Part shown: piece after piece, positions 38,938-48,076 of the stretch | How the letters are laid out: the number at the start of each line of letters is the position of its first letter | Numbering within the stretch: the stretch's first letter is position 1 | DNA from: Gammaproteobacteria bacterium | GTDB lineage: Bacteria; Pseudomonadota; Gammaproteobacteria; Xanthomonadales; SZUA-36 | Reading direction: 5' to 3' | Length of the DNA stretch: 64,000 bases | NCBI GenBank assembly: GCA_024275935.1 | Contig: JAJRYF010000064.1 | Span: 1,098 to 65,097 of the forward strand | The notes under the pieces: generated by a model | The model's database searches: none | Told to the model about the DNA's origin: nothing | Seen by the model: only the letters and a program-made list of their open reading frames with translations | Position numbers and translations under genes: made by a program

Positions 38938-39264
38938 CTATTCAATCACATGAACGATTCCGGTCATTTTCGGATGTGGCCCACAACGGTAAGGAAAGCT
39001 TCCAACTTCATCGAATACGCGCTCATAGAACTCATCTGGAAACAGGTAATCTGGCTCTTCTTCACCGGAGGCTTCAAACCAGACATTGTGGTACTGGCGC
39101 TGCTCCTGATTTTCCCAACGGACAGTAGTCCCACGCTTGATAGTAATTTCTTGTGCGCTGAACTGGAAGCCCTTAATAACTACAATAGTTAGCTTATTAT
39201 CTGTGCGAACCTCCTGGGCGAAAACAACCAGCAGAAATATCATCAAATAAGTTTTCCAGCGCAT
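38938..39264 (-). CDS. Amicyanin-like type-1 copper protein (cupredoxin)
   Basis: Signal peptide. Cu ligands are His (QYHNV) and C-G-P-H-P-K-M, with the same spacing as the amicyanin C-T-P-H-P-F-M. Confidence 0.8.
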   Translation of the reverse strand: MRWKTYLMIFLLVVFAQEVRTDNKLTIVVIKGFQFSAQEITIKRGTTVRWENQEQRQYHNVWFEASGEEEPDYLFPDEFYERVFDEVGSFPYRCGPHPKMTGIVHVIE

Positions 39265-39278
39265 ATAATTATTCCTGT

Positions 39279-41114
39279 CTATTGAGCTATGGCATTAATT
39301 TCAGCGCCATCGTCATCGAAGCCCAGCTTAAATCCAAGCGATACATGATGGAAACGACTACTAGAGTAATCATCATGAATGGCAAAACCAATGTTATACC
39401 GCTGGTCAAGCACCATGCTGATATCTCCTGGCTGCTCCGAAGTCAACTTACGCACCATCTCAACTGTCCACAGGCCATCTTTCAATTCACCGATAAAGCT
39501 TACCCCCTGACCTCCGGTCATTACCCGCTCTGCAAGAATATAGCCATCCTCGGCTTCACCTGTGCCTGATTTATATCGCAGCAGGTCCATAAAAGAGCCA
39601 TTTTCAAGCGCTGCCTGAATTTCAGCCTCAGTTTTCAGCTTATCCCAGCCACCACGCGGCTTACCATCTTTGCCGTCAATTTCAATTTCGGTACGGCTTT
39701 CTTTGAGATACTTGGTAAAGCCATGACTTAAATCCAGTCTTGCCGCAAGCGGGCTGCTCGACAGGATGGCTTTATCAGGCTGATCAGGCATATCGTTGTT
39801 ATCTTGATGACAACTCTGCCAGCAACCGGCGCGTTCTGCATATTCAACCTTTGGGTTCTCTTCGTTATCGGTTGTCAGCATCAATGCCAATTTGATTTGA
39901 TTGTCAGGGTCCTGCTTGCCGCCATCCACAAAAGGAATGGCTACATGCTCAGTATCTTCCCACTGAAAACGCATATACAGAAACTCTTTATTGTGGGCCG
40001 CCTGGATATTCAAATTAATATACCCACGCTTACCGGCTATTGGGGTAGGCTCCAGCTTTTCACCGCTGATAATTAGATCACCGATATCAACTTCTTCATC
40101 CTGGTGGCATTCGACACAACGATCACCCTTGGTGAATGCTCTTTTGCCGCCATGATCACTACCCTTCAACATCCATTCCATGGAAGACTGGCCGGGGTAA
40201 AACAAAACTATCTCAGTTGCCTCTATTGCACTCCATGCAATTTCTTTGCTGTTCGCAGGGAGCACGACCGGAGTACTTGCAGTAGCGGCAATCGTTTGCG
40301 TATCTTCTGATACTGGTACAGCTTTATTATCTATCGCACTGACAGCTACTTGCGCTGCAGCTTCATCAACTGTATCTGCCGGGGCTTCAACCTCTGTCTG
40401 CGCTTCTGACGCCTGCGTAGGTATAGTTTTAGTAGGCGCTTCTGCACCTTTATTTTCTGCCTCAACTAAAGCTTGCCATTGCGACGCTAAAGGACGACCA
40501 ATCAACTTGGGATTAGGTAGTGCGAGTTGATCAAGCTCTTCTTCGGTTAATTCATCATGCACTTTGGTATGTGCGATGCCTTTATGACAATCAATACAGG
40601 TGTTGCCGCTTTGCATTCCACTCAAATGTTGTTTCCGCGAACGCTTTTTCTGTTCCGCAGGGTCCATAGAGTCAAAATCGTGACAGTTTCTGCATTCACG
40701 AGAATCAGTTGACTTCATCGCCGTCCAGACTCTGCGAGCCATAACCAGACGGTGTGCATCAAATTTTTCCGGGGTATCGATGGTTCCAAGGGCTTTGTGT
40801 AAAAGTTCTTTGCTGGCTTGTACTTTTCTGACTACCTTATGCACCCATGGGTCTGGAACATGGCAATCTGAACAGGAAGCACGCACTCCACTACGGTTAC
40901 TAAAATGTTTTGTTTCTTTATACTCTTTATAGACGTTATCTTTCATTTCATGACAGGAAATACAAAACTCCATTGTATTTGTAGCTTCCATGGCGGTGTT
41001 AAAACCGCCCCAGAAGATAACACCAACCAGCATGAAAAACAAAGCTGCACCAACTGAGGCACCGAGCATGATTTTTCTTGAGAAGAAACCGGGCTTACTT
41101 TTACTGGTAGTCAT
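39279..41114 (-). CDS. NapC/NirT-type tetraheme cytochrome c fused to a C-terminal EB_dh/cytochrome c-552-like heme domain
   Basis: N-terminal TM anchor and four CxxCH motifs (CISCH, CSDCH, CRNCH, CIDCH with KGIAH). An Ala/Glu/Thr/Val-rich linker follows. The domain of about 330 aa has a fifth CxxCH (CVECH), a CWQSCH motif and EB_dh-like segments (YMRFQWED, GFAIHDD). Confidence 0.8.
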   Translation of the reverse strand: MTTSKSKPGFFSRKIMLGASVGAALFFMLVGVIFWGGFNTAMEATNTMEFCISCHEMKDNVYKEYKETKHFSNRSGVRASCSDCHVPDPWVHKVVRKVQASKELLHKALGTIDTPEKFDAHRLVMARRVWTAMKSTDSRECRNCHDFDSMDPAEQKKRSRKQHLSGMQSGNTCIDCHKGIAHTKVHDELTEEELDQLALPNPKLIGRPLASQWQALVEAENKGAEAPTKTIPTQASEAQTEVEAPADTVDEAAAQVAVSAIDNKAVPVSEDTQTIAATASTPVVLPANSKEIAWSAIEATEIVLFYPGQSSMEWMLKGSDHGGKRAFTKGDRCVECHQDEEVDIGDLIISGEKLEPTPIAGKRGYINLNIQAAHNKEFLYMRFQWEDTEHVAIPFVDGGKQDPDNQIKLALMLTTDNEENPKVEYAERAGCWQSCHQDNNDMPDQPDKAILSSSPLAARLDLSHGFTKYLKESRTEIEIDGKDGKPRGGWDKLKTEAEIQAALENGSFMDLLRYKSGTGEAEDGYILAERVMTGGQGVSFIGELKDGLWTVEMVRKLTSEQPGDISMVLDQRYNIGFAIHDDYSSSRFHHVSLGFKLGFDDDGAEINAIAQ

Positions 41115-41170
41115 TTCAAATTAATCCTATATCTGCCACCGAAGACCTGATTTACTTTGGCCGGTCGAGG

Positions 41171-41207
41171 AAAAAATAGGCGGACATAAATTTTGTTTAT
41201 GCCCGCC
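41171..41207 (-). terminator. Rho-independent terminator downstream of nirS
   Basis: The minus strand reads GGCGGGCAT-loop-ATGTCCGCC followed by TATTTTTT. Confidence 0.55.
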
Positions 41208-41233
41208 CGCTTTACACCTATTTACAGCTTATA

Positions 41234-42904
41234 TCAAGTTACATGGTTAACACGATTGGTAACATTGAACTTGCCGGTTGGTGTAGTTAAGCCCTTGATG
41301 CGAGCTTTCTCTTCAAATGTTTTCGCATCATAAATTACGATCTCACCGGTAGGGTTACCTGAGTCCGTCCGATTCCAGACTGAAATCCAGACCTCACTTC
41401 CATCCGCGTTAAACTCAATGTGAACCGCAACCTTACCTTCTTCCTCGGTAACATGGATAGTCTTGACAACTTTTCCAGTTTCCTTGGAAATCACTTTCAC
41501 ACTCTGCTGAATAACAGGTTCAGGGTGAAGTGTCTGGTCTGCCCACACATAGTCAGAAGTTGGGTGAGTCCGAATAAACAGGCCAGGGCCATCGGTATCA
41601 ACTACATAACAGATCTTCCAGGCGTTGTCTTTGTGACCAGCCGGATCATTGCCCCAAACAGTCACTTTACCAACACCCAAATGTGTGGTGCCTCCTACAG
41701 GGCCACATTTAGGGTCATTCCAGTTAGCACCGGGGCCCGGATGCGGCTTGCTTTCTACATCAATCATAGCGGTAAGCTTGCCAGTTTTAGAATCAACAAT
41801 AACCATTTTGTCAGATGCATTAGCTGCAATCTGGAAGTAACGACCTGTTGGGTCAAAGAAGCCGTCATGCAGATACTTTGCAGTGTTTACCATGGTGATG
41901 TCGAGATTGTCCAGATCGGAATAATCTACTTGCCACATCTGCCCAAGCTCTTTTACTGATACCCAGAAAGTAGGCTGGTTCGGGGTAGTGTAAATCGCCG
42001 CGACCCGTGCTTCATTAACATAATCACCATCAACACTGATACCACGGGTTGATACGACTTTCAATGGCTCCATGGTCACTGCATCCAGGATCACAAAATG
42101 CGGTGGCCAGTAACCGCCACCGATAACATATTTGCCATCGCCTGAGACCGCAACATCGCGCGCGTCATACGCCATTTGGGTTTCAGCAACCAGCATGTTT
42201 CCTGGTTTCTGCCAAAGATCAATTTTGGTCATTTTGCCGTCACGACCCTGGGTATACCAGAAGCGACCAGGCTCACCGTTTACCGGTTTCTCAATGGAAT
42301 GTTTTTCGGTTGTTTTAATTACATGAACCGCATAGCCGGTATCGATATGATCGACAATTTCATGCTTATCACCGTCAATAATCGCAACCTTGCCGGCATC
42401 CCGTTCGATAACTACGAAAAAGTTCTTCCAGTTACGATTGTGCAACGGCTTGCTTGGATAGTCCGCTGGGGCAATATACACTTTATGCCGTTCTTTCATC
42501 AGTGCCAGAGACATTTCCGGCGGGGTCGGTGGCTCCATCTGGATGTATCTGGCCAAAAGATCAATCTGCCGATCATCATAGATGTCATCAAAATTGTTCA
42601 TACCGCCTTCTGTACCATACTTGATGATTTTGGCCAGCCGCTTGGTACCCAATTTAAGTGTACCTTTACTCTTTTTCGCCGCATTCGGCTGTGGCTCCAG
42701 ATTCGTGCCGGTAGCGCCTACACGCAAAACTCCGTGACAACCGGCACAACGCTGGAAGTACATACTTTTGGCTTCCTCAAACTCAGCCTCATTGAGTGGT
42801 ACTATCGGGTCTTTTGCGGCAAATGCAGGGTTGCTAAACACCGCAATGCCAAAGACCGCTGTTAGTAGCATGGATCTAAATAAAACTTTCTGTTTCGTTC
42901 TCAT
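41234..42904 (-). CDS. nirS: Cytochrome cd1 nitrite reductase
   Basis: 556 aa with a signal peptide and an N-terminal heme c domain (CAGCHG). Eight-bladed-propeller-type sequence typical of NirS follows. Confidence 0.92.
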   Translation of the reverse strand: MRTKQKVLFRSMLLTAVFGIAVFSNPAFAAKDPIVPLNEAEFEEAKSMYFQRCAGCHGVLRVGATGTNLEPQPNAAKKSKGTLKLGTKRLAKIIKYGTEGGMNNFDDIYDDRQIDLLARYIQMEPPTPPEMSLALMKERHKVYIAPADYPSKPLHNRNWKNFFVVIERDAGKVAIIDGDKHEIVDHIDTGYAVHVIKTTEKHSIEKPVNGEPGRFWYTQGRDGKMTKIDLWQKPGNMLVAETQMAYDARDVAVSGDGKYVIGGGYWPPHFVILDAVTMEPLKVVSTRGISVDGDYVNEARVAAIYTTPNQPTFWVSVKELGQMWQVDYSDLDNLDITMVNTAKYLHDGFFDPTGRYFQIAANASDKMVIVDSKTGKLTAMIDVESKPHPGPGANWNDPKCGPVGGTTHLGVGKVTVWGNDPAGHKDNAWKICYVVDTDGPGLFIRTHPTSDYVWADQTLHPEPVIQQSVKVISKETGKVVKTIHVTEEEGKVAVHIEFNADGSEVWISVWNRTDSGNPTGEIVIYDAKTFEEKARIKGLTTPTGKFNVTNRVNHVT

Positions 42905-43090
42905 CTAACTATACTCCTCGTGGTTTTCTAATAAGCACTGTGAAAACTTACTTCGCACTACTTATTATTGACTCTGCAATCTACTATATCTCATTCAAAT
43001 CATTAACTTAATGACCTGCATCAGGAAATAGCATTGACGCTATTAGTCCGCCTAGATAAAGTCGTCGCAGAAATATACTTTTGCTTCAAA

Positions 43091-43124
43091 TTGACAAGCC
43101 CGTGGCCTAGCCTGGGCTTGTCAA
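43091..43124 (-). terminator. Perfect 11-bp-stem hairpin downstream of the porin gene
   Basis: TTGACAAGCCC-N12-GGGCTTGTCAA. The downstream T-run on the minus strand is weak (TTTGAAG). Confidence 0.45.
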
Positions 43125-43135
43125 ATATGATCCGC

Positions 43136-44374
43136 TTAAAATTTAGCTGTTGCCATTAACCATAGCTTAGTGGTGTCTGGATAACCGGTATCGCCACTAT
43201 AGAAAGCCGCCTTGAACAGCAAGCTGTAATGCTTGTTGATAGGGGTTGCCAGCACCGCATTGAACTCATTACCATAATCATCACTGCCGTCCTCGGCTGA
43301 ATAATCGTGATAAACCAGTGTCCATTTGTTTTTGCCGAATTTACCTTTAGCACCAACAAAGAAGTCATTGAGCCCGGCATTCGGGGTCGCCAGGAATTTA
43401 TCCGCCCAGCCGTTAAATGCATGCAAAGTGGCCAGTGGGGTACGGAAAGCTGCACCGGCTCTATTTTGATCCCCACCCAGAGATTCAAAACCGCCGAAAA
43501 TTGTCAGCGGCTGGAATGCAAAAGCCGCATCGAGGCGATAATAAGCCGCCGAATAATCTACTGGATTATTGGCTTTGTCAGTTTGGTAGGCGTACTCCAG
43601 ACCATAGGTGAATTTAGCCTCATCGCCACCAACTTTACCTGCCCATTTTACGCCGAAAGTACTGGTAGAAAATCCAGCCGCATCCTGGTTATCAATGTCA
43701 TACCAATAACCGACCAATTTGCCGGCACCCGCTACCGGGAAAGCCAGGTTAGCAAGGAAAGTATCCTGTTCATGATCACCGGCGGGTACATCCTCGCCGA
43801 AAATACGATTCACATTCCAAACATAACTCACAAACAGCTTAGCTTTATTGTTAAAGCTGGAGGTATATGAAACGGCATCATAGGTCTGTTCATTTTGACG
43901 CCAACCCACTCCGCCGACAAAGCGCTGATTGTCCAGCAAAATACGCTGGCGCCCGCCGCGTAAGAAACTGTCTTTATTAAAATTGTAATCCAGATATGCC
44001 TGATTAACTTCGGTACCGTTAGGGTCGGCAACTACAGGGTAGATGCTTTTACCCGGAGGTGAAGTACCGGCCCCACTGTTGAAATCATCAACGATGATAT
44101 GAGAGATATTCTCCGCTTCAAGGAACACGCTGAATCCGTTCCAGCGGGATGTTCGGTAATTCAACCGAGTCCTCAGGGTAGATGCATTAGCATTTTTGCT
44201 AAAGCCTTCCTGATCAACGAATTCATAGCGGTAACGCAGCGTTACCTGGGCCTTGCCCTCTGTAATCGCTTCTGCGATAGAGCCTGACTCTTCTGCCAGT
44301 GCATTCGATGTAGTGAATAATAAGCCTGCTGATAATAATGCAAGCGCCAGTGTGTTCTGTTTAAGTAATAACAT
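43136..44374 (-). CDS. Outer-membrane beta-barrel porin (alginate-export/AlgE-like family)
   Basis: Signal peptide. N-terminal TLRYRYEFVDQ and LRTRLNYRT motifs are typical of this family. Alternating beta-strand pattern and a C-terminal Phe. Confidence 0.65.
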   Translation of the reverse strand: MLLLKQNTLALALLSAGLLFTTSNALAEESGSIAEAITEGKAQVTLRYRYEFVDQEGFSKNANASTLRTRLNYRTSRWNGFSVFLEAENISHIIVDDFNSGAGTSPPGKSIYPVVADPNGTEVNQAYLDYNFNKDSFLRGGRQRILLDNQRFVGGVGWRQNEQTYDAVSYTSSFNNKAKLFVSYVWNVNRIFGEDVPAGDHEQDTFLANLAFPVAGAGKLVGYWYDIDNQDAAGFSTSTFGVKWAGKVGGDEAKFTYGLEYAYQTDKANNPVDYSAAYYRLDAAFAFQPLTIFGGFESLGGDQNRAGAAFRTPLATLHAFNGWADKFLATPNAGLNDFFVGAKGKFGKNKWTLVYHDYSAEDGSDDYGNEFNAVLATPINKHYSLLFKAAFYSGDTGYPDTTKLWLMATAKF

Positions 44375-44457
44375 GATGCCTCCTGATGGCCCATAATTCT
44401 GTAACTTGGAATCGTTAAGAACTTATTAAGATAATACTCCTATGGCAAATATAGGAC

Positions 44458-44471
44458 TTGACATTGGTCAA
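44458..44471. promoter_or_regulatory. FNR/ANR/Dnr-type box upstream of the porin gene
   Basis: TTGACATTGGTCAA is a perfect palindrome (TTGAC-N4-GTCAA). It is centred about 90 bp upstream of the ATG at 44374. Confidence 0.55.
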
Positions 44472-44482
44472 GTAATATGTGT

Positions 44483-44512
44483 AAAAAAACCCGATTTCTA
44501 CACCGGGTTTTT
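44483..44512 (-). terminator. Rho-independent terminator after the TonB-dependent receptor gene
   Basis: The minus strand reads AACCCG-loop-CGGGTT followed by TTTTTTT. An A-run on the other side could make it bidirectional. Confidence 0.6.
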
Positions 44513-44542
44513 AGCATGAAACAGACTGTCTTAACTACATAA

Positions 44543-46726
44543 TTACATTGATATTTTTATATTAATAGAAACATTCCTTCCAGGCCGGGAAAGCGCCTCA
44601 ATGACAGGATCATCCGGGGCAAATTTAGATACATCACTCCAGCGCCAGTATTTCTTGTCAAAAAGATTGAAAACACCCACATCAAGACGAACCGACTCAC
44701 TGATTTCCCAGCCCGCAGTAAAGTCTAAAATAGCGTAAGCTGGCGGCACAAATCTATCAGTCTCATCAATACGCTCTTGGGCGGCAGTAAATGTAGCAAT
44801 CAATGCCGTCCGATAGCGCTGATCTGTGGATGACCAGTTCAGGCCAGCAACTAACTGCGGGGGGGATACCGTATTGAGTGGCTGATTATTTTCAAGGTTT
44901 TCACCTCGCGACCAGTACGCCCCACCCTCAAAACTCAAGCCCTCAATTAATTGCTCCAGTGGTTGTTGCCACTGAATTTCAGCACCATAGATGCGGGCAT
45001 CAGTAATATTGCGTGACTGAAAGCGTAACTCGCCACTGGCAGGATCAAAACCCAACAGGGCCGCAGATTCGATAAAATCTACATATTCAGTCCAGAATAC
45101 AGAGGCGGAAAAACTAGCTGAACGACTGCTTTGGCGAATTCCTAACTCAAGACCATCAGAGGTTTCTGAACGCAAATCCGGGTTAGGCAATACCCGGTAT
45201 TTAAACAGGGGCAGATACAGCGACCTATTGATATCCTGGGATGGCGGCGCGCGAAAACCACGGGCATACTGGCCGAACAGACTCCAGTCTTTACCCAGAC
45301 GATACAAAACCCCCAATTTTGGTGAAAACCCGTCATCACTGACATGACTAATAACAACATCAGCATTATTGATATCGTAAATCGGGTCCCTTGTGGGGCT
45401 CATCTGGTAGTCATCGTAGCGCAGGCCCGGAATCAGCCGCCAACCGGAATTTCCCAATTCAATTTCATCATGGATAAACAAGCTGGTTTCGCGGGTTGTA
45501 GAAATTGGAAAATCACGAGTCGGATAGACCTCACCCAGAAGAACATTAGTGACCTCACCGGTGATCAGATTAGTTGAGAGGGCATCCCTTTTTTCACGAA
45601 TTTTATTTTCCTGATATTCCACCCCAAAACCTAGGTTATGTACCAGTGACCCGCTAATATACTGGCGGAAGCCATTCAGCTCGAGTCCGAAGATTGAATC
45701 ATCAAAATAAAACTGCCGATCAATTTGAGAAGGTCGCCGACCGGTACGGGTTTCAAATGTTTTCTGTACAGTCGTTGCATCCTGATAGAACACTCTAACT
45801 AAGCCCTTATCCAGCCAACCAGTGCTGAAGCTATAGTCCATGGCTAATAAATCACTGCTGTTGCTGTCATCACTTTTTAGCTCAGTCGTACTGCGAAAGC
45901 GACCGATACCCAACGAAGAGCGGATATCAGTTTCAGCAGCCTTACGGAAACCGTTGTAGGTAATCCTCAGGCGGTTGCCAGTAGCGCTATCGAAGACAAA
46001 TTTTGTCAGCACACTGTCACTATTCCAATCTTGTTTATCGTCGAGAAGTTCCTTAGCTGCCATATTCTCAATTTGATTGCCATCCCGGCGACTGTAAAAG
46101 ACCAGTAATCCGGTGTTTTCATGCTGCCAGGCGCCTCCAGTGGTAGCGATCCAACTGTTATCAACACTGTTATATCCGGTCTTTGCGCGGAAACCTGGCC
46201 CCGTATAACCGACTAAATCATCAGGGTCCCAGGTGGTAACTGCCATCACTCCGCCTATCGCCCGGGAACCATATAGGGTAGATGCCGGCCCGCTGAGAAT
46301 TTCAACTCGCTTGATGGTTTCAACCTCAAGGGTATCGCGGCCAGTATTGGAGAAATTACTCAGAGAAAACTGTGATTGCACAGGAACACCGTCGATTTCC
46401 ATAACCACACGATTGCCGCCGATACCGCGGATATTCAGCCCTTCCCCGCCAAATCTTGTGCCGGCGCTGTCGATATTTTTTCCCGGCTGATAGCGCAACA
46501 TATCGTCAATACTTTGGGCGCTATTTTGTTCGATATCAAGAGCATCAATAACTCTAACCGAACCGGCGACATCGGCTAGTGGGCGAGAAATTTTACTGGC
46601 TATAACCACCATGGGTAATAGCTCAGCTACATCCTGTTGGTCAATGTTTTCGGCATCTGCAGCGACAACCACAAATGGTAACAACAAAGCACCAAGACAC
46701 AAACAGGAGGGTTTTCTATTCATCAA
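44543..46726 (-). CDS. TonB-dependent outer-membrane receptor
   Basis: Signal peptide and plug domain (LRYQPG...GLNIRGIGGNRVVMEIDGVP). A 22-strand-type barrel carries FRAP and NPDL motifs (YARGFRAPP...LPNPDLRSETS). Confidence 0.9.
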   Translation of the reverse strand: MMNRKPSCLCLGALLLPFVVVAADAENIDQQDVAELLPMVVIASKISRPLADVAGSVRVIDALDIEQNSAQSIDDMLRYQPGKNIDSAGTRFGGEGLNIRGIGGNRVVMEIDGVPVQSQFSLSNFSNTGRDTLEVETIKRVEILSGPASTLYGSRAIGGVMAVTTWDPDDLVGYTGPGFRAKTGYNSVDNSWIATTGGAWQHENTGLLVFYSRRDGNQIENMAAKELLDDKQDWNSDSVLTKFVFDSATGNRLRITYNGFRKAAETDIRSSLGIGRFRSTTELKSDDSNSSDLLAMDYSFSTGWLDKGLVRVFYQDATTVQKTFETRTGRRPSQIDRQFYFDDSIFGLELNGFRQYISGSLVHNLGFGVEYQENKIREKRDALSTNLITGEVTNVLLGEVYPTRDFPISTTRETSLFIHDEIELGNSGWRLIPGLRYDDYQMSPTRDPIYDINNADVVISHVSDDGFSPKLGVLYRLGKDWSLFGQYARGFRAPPSQDINRSLYLPLFKYRVLPNPDLRSETSDGLELGIRQSSRSASFSASVFWTEYVDFIESAALLGFDPASGELRFQSRNITDARIYGAEIQWQQPLEQLIEGLSFEGGAYWSRGENLENNQPLNTVSPPQLVAGLNWSSTDQRYRTALIATFTAAQERIDETDRFVPPAYAILDFTAGWEISESVRLDVGVFNLFDKKYWRWSDVSKFAPDDPVIEALSRPGRNVSINIKISM

Positions 46727-46791
46727 ATTGCTCGTATTGAAACAAAGTTAAATAACTAGATAGAAGTATAGTTAACCGGAATTTAATGGGC

Positions 46792-46805
46792 TTGATCAAG
46801 GTCAG
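46792..46805. promoter_or_regulatory. Near-consensus FNR/ANR/Dnr-type box upstream of the TonB-dependent receptor
   Basis: TTGATCAAGGTCAG matches 9 of 10 half-site positions of TTGAT-N4-GTCAA. It is centred about 72 bp upstream of the ATG at 46726. Confidence 0.45.
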
Positions 46806-47052
46806 GTAAACCTCTGAAACCAGGCTTCAAAACCGTGGGATTGATTTCGGTTTATTTACCAGACGCTGGCCCACGCAGCGCATGGCTTAATAAATAGCGA
46901 GAGTAAACAGAACCATTGCAAACACTAATGCACAGTATATTAATGACCAGGCAGCTAATTATCGGTTATATTTTTGTTGGCATAGGTAAATAGGCGCACG
47001 ACTTAATTCAGATAATAGCTAAGAATAACTTGTCTACAAGTATAATACCCCC

Positions 47053-47694
47053 ATGAACAGAAACACTTCAATTTTAGATACCATGATTATCGGCATTGAT
47101 CAGGCTTTGCGGATTGCCACCCTGCCTGCGCCCCCTCACCCGCGCCCGAATCCGGCTGGTAATACGCCTGATATTGTTCTGGCTGAAGAGCAGCGCAAGC
47201 ATGTGGCTGGCTTGATGCGGATAAACCATACTGGTGAGGTCTGTGCTCAGGCACTTTATGCCGGACAAGCAGCTACCGCCAGAGACCCGGAAATTCAACA
47301 AAAAATGCAACTTGCTGCAGATGATGAAATCGATCATCTGGCATGGTGTGAGCAGCGTTTGAATGAACTAGACGATCGCCCCAGCCACCTTAATTTCTTT
47401 TGGTATGCAGGCTCCTGGGCGCTAGGGATGGCAGCTGGTATTGCCGGTGATAAATGGTCGCTGGGGTTTTTAGAAGAGACCGAAAAGCAAGTTGAGGCTC
47501 ACCTGGATGAGCATTTAGGTAAATTACCTCCGGAAGATAAACGCACGGAGGCAATCTTGGCGCAAATGAAAATTGATGAAGCCAAGCACGCGCAGATGGC
47601 GGCTGAATCTGGTGCGCATGAATTACCTGAGCCAGTACGCGCGATGATGAGCATTACCGCTAAAGCTATGAAAGCTATTGTTTACCGGATTTAA
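47053..47694 (+). CDS. coq7: Demethoxyubiquinone hydroxylase (di-iron Coq7 type)
   Basis: 213 aa with the Coq7 motifs INHTGEVCAQALY, DEIDHLAW and EETEKQVEAHL. Confidence 0.9.
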   Translation: MNRNTSILDTMIIGIDQALRIATLPAPPHPRPNPAGNTPDIVLAEEQRKHVAGLMRINHTGEVCAQALYAGQAATARDPEIQQKMQLAADDEIDHLAWCEQRLNELDDRPSHLNFFWYAGSWALGMAAGIAGDKWSLGFLEETEKQVEAHLDEHLGKLPPEDKRTEAILAQMKIDEAKHAQMAAESGAHELPEPVRAMMSITAKAMKAIVYRI

Positions 47695-48068
47695 TCTTCA
47701 GGTTCTTTAATCAACCAAATTATCAGTAATACAGATATTGCCAACGAAGCCAACATAATTTGCAACCCACTGCGCCCATGAAGCACTGCAATTGAAAGCC
47801 CGAAGCTGATAACTATTACTACCGTTGCTCTGCGCTTTGATTCCCTGGATATGCTTTTGCTTTCTTCCCATTGCTGCAAGCCCGGGCCAAACCATTTGTT
47901 TTCTAACAACATCTTATGGAATCGGGGAGAAGACTTTGAAAATATCCACAGGGCTATAATCATAAAAACTGTAGTCGGCATTACTGGCAACACAGCACCA
48001 ATCGTACCCAGGCCAACAAAGATCCAGCCAAGTGCAATCATTAGTTTTTGTTTTAGGCCTGCACGCAT
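47691..48068 (-). CDS. ybaN: DUF454 (YbaN-family) inner-membrane protein
   Basis: LGWIFVGLGTIGAVLPVMPTTVFMIIALWIFSKSSPRFH is typical of YbaN. Its 3' end overlaps the convergent coq7 by 4 nt. Confidence 0.8.
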   Translation of the reverse strand: MRAGLKQKLMIALGWIFVGLGTIGAVLPVMPTTVFMIIALWIFSKSSPRFHKMLLENKWFGPGLQQWEESKSISRESKRRATVVIVISFGLSIAVLHGRSGLQIMLASLAISVLLIIWLIKEPED

Positions 48069-48076
48069 ACTGGTTA

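Noticed and set aside
43000-43014. A 15-bp perfect palindrome, TCATTAACTTAATGA, upstream of nirS
   Set aside because: It is AT-rich and short, and it matches no regulator motif I can name. It overlaps the weak FNR-like site. It could be an operator, but a chance palindrome in an AT-rich spacer is just as likely.
43011-43024. ATGACCTGCATCAG, a possible FNR/Dnr site upstream of nirS
   Set aside because: Only the TGA-N6-TCA core and 8 of 10 half-site positions match, and both outer positions deviate. That is too weak to call without a genome-calibrated matrix.
47011-47029. GATAATAGCTAAGAATAAC, a Fur-box-like sequence between the receptor gene and coq7
   Set aside because: Only about 11 of 19 positions match the Fur consensus, and the dyad symmetry is lost. 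It lies about 290 bp from the receptor start and abuts the coq7 start.
46727-47052. Possible riboswitch (cobalamin or TPP) in the 326-bp leader of the TonB-dependent receptor
   Set aside because: I found no B12-box (GCCACTG-like) and no THI-box (CTGAGA...) on the minus strand. Covariance-model scanning would be needed to exclude other classes.
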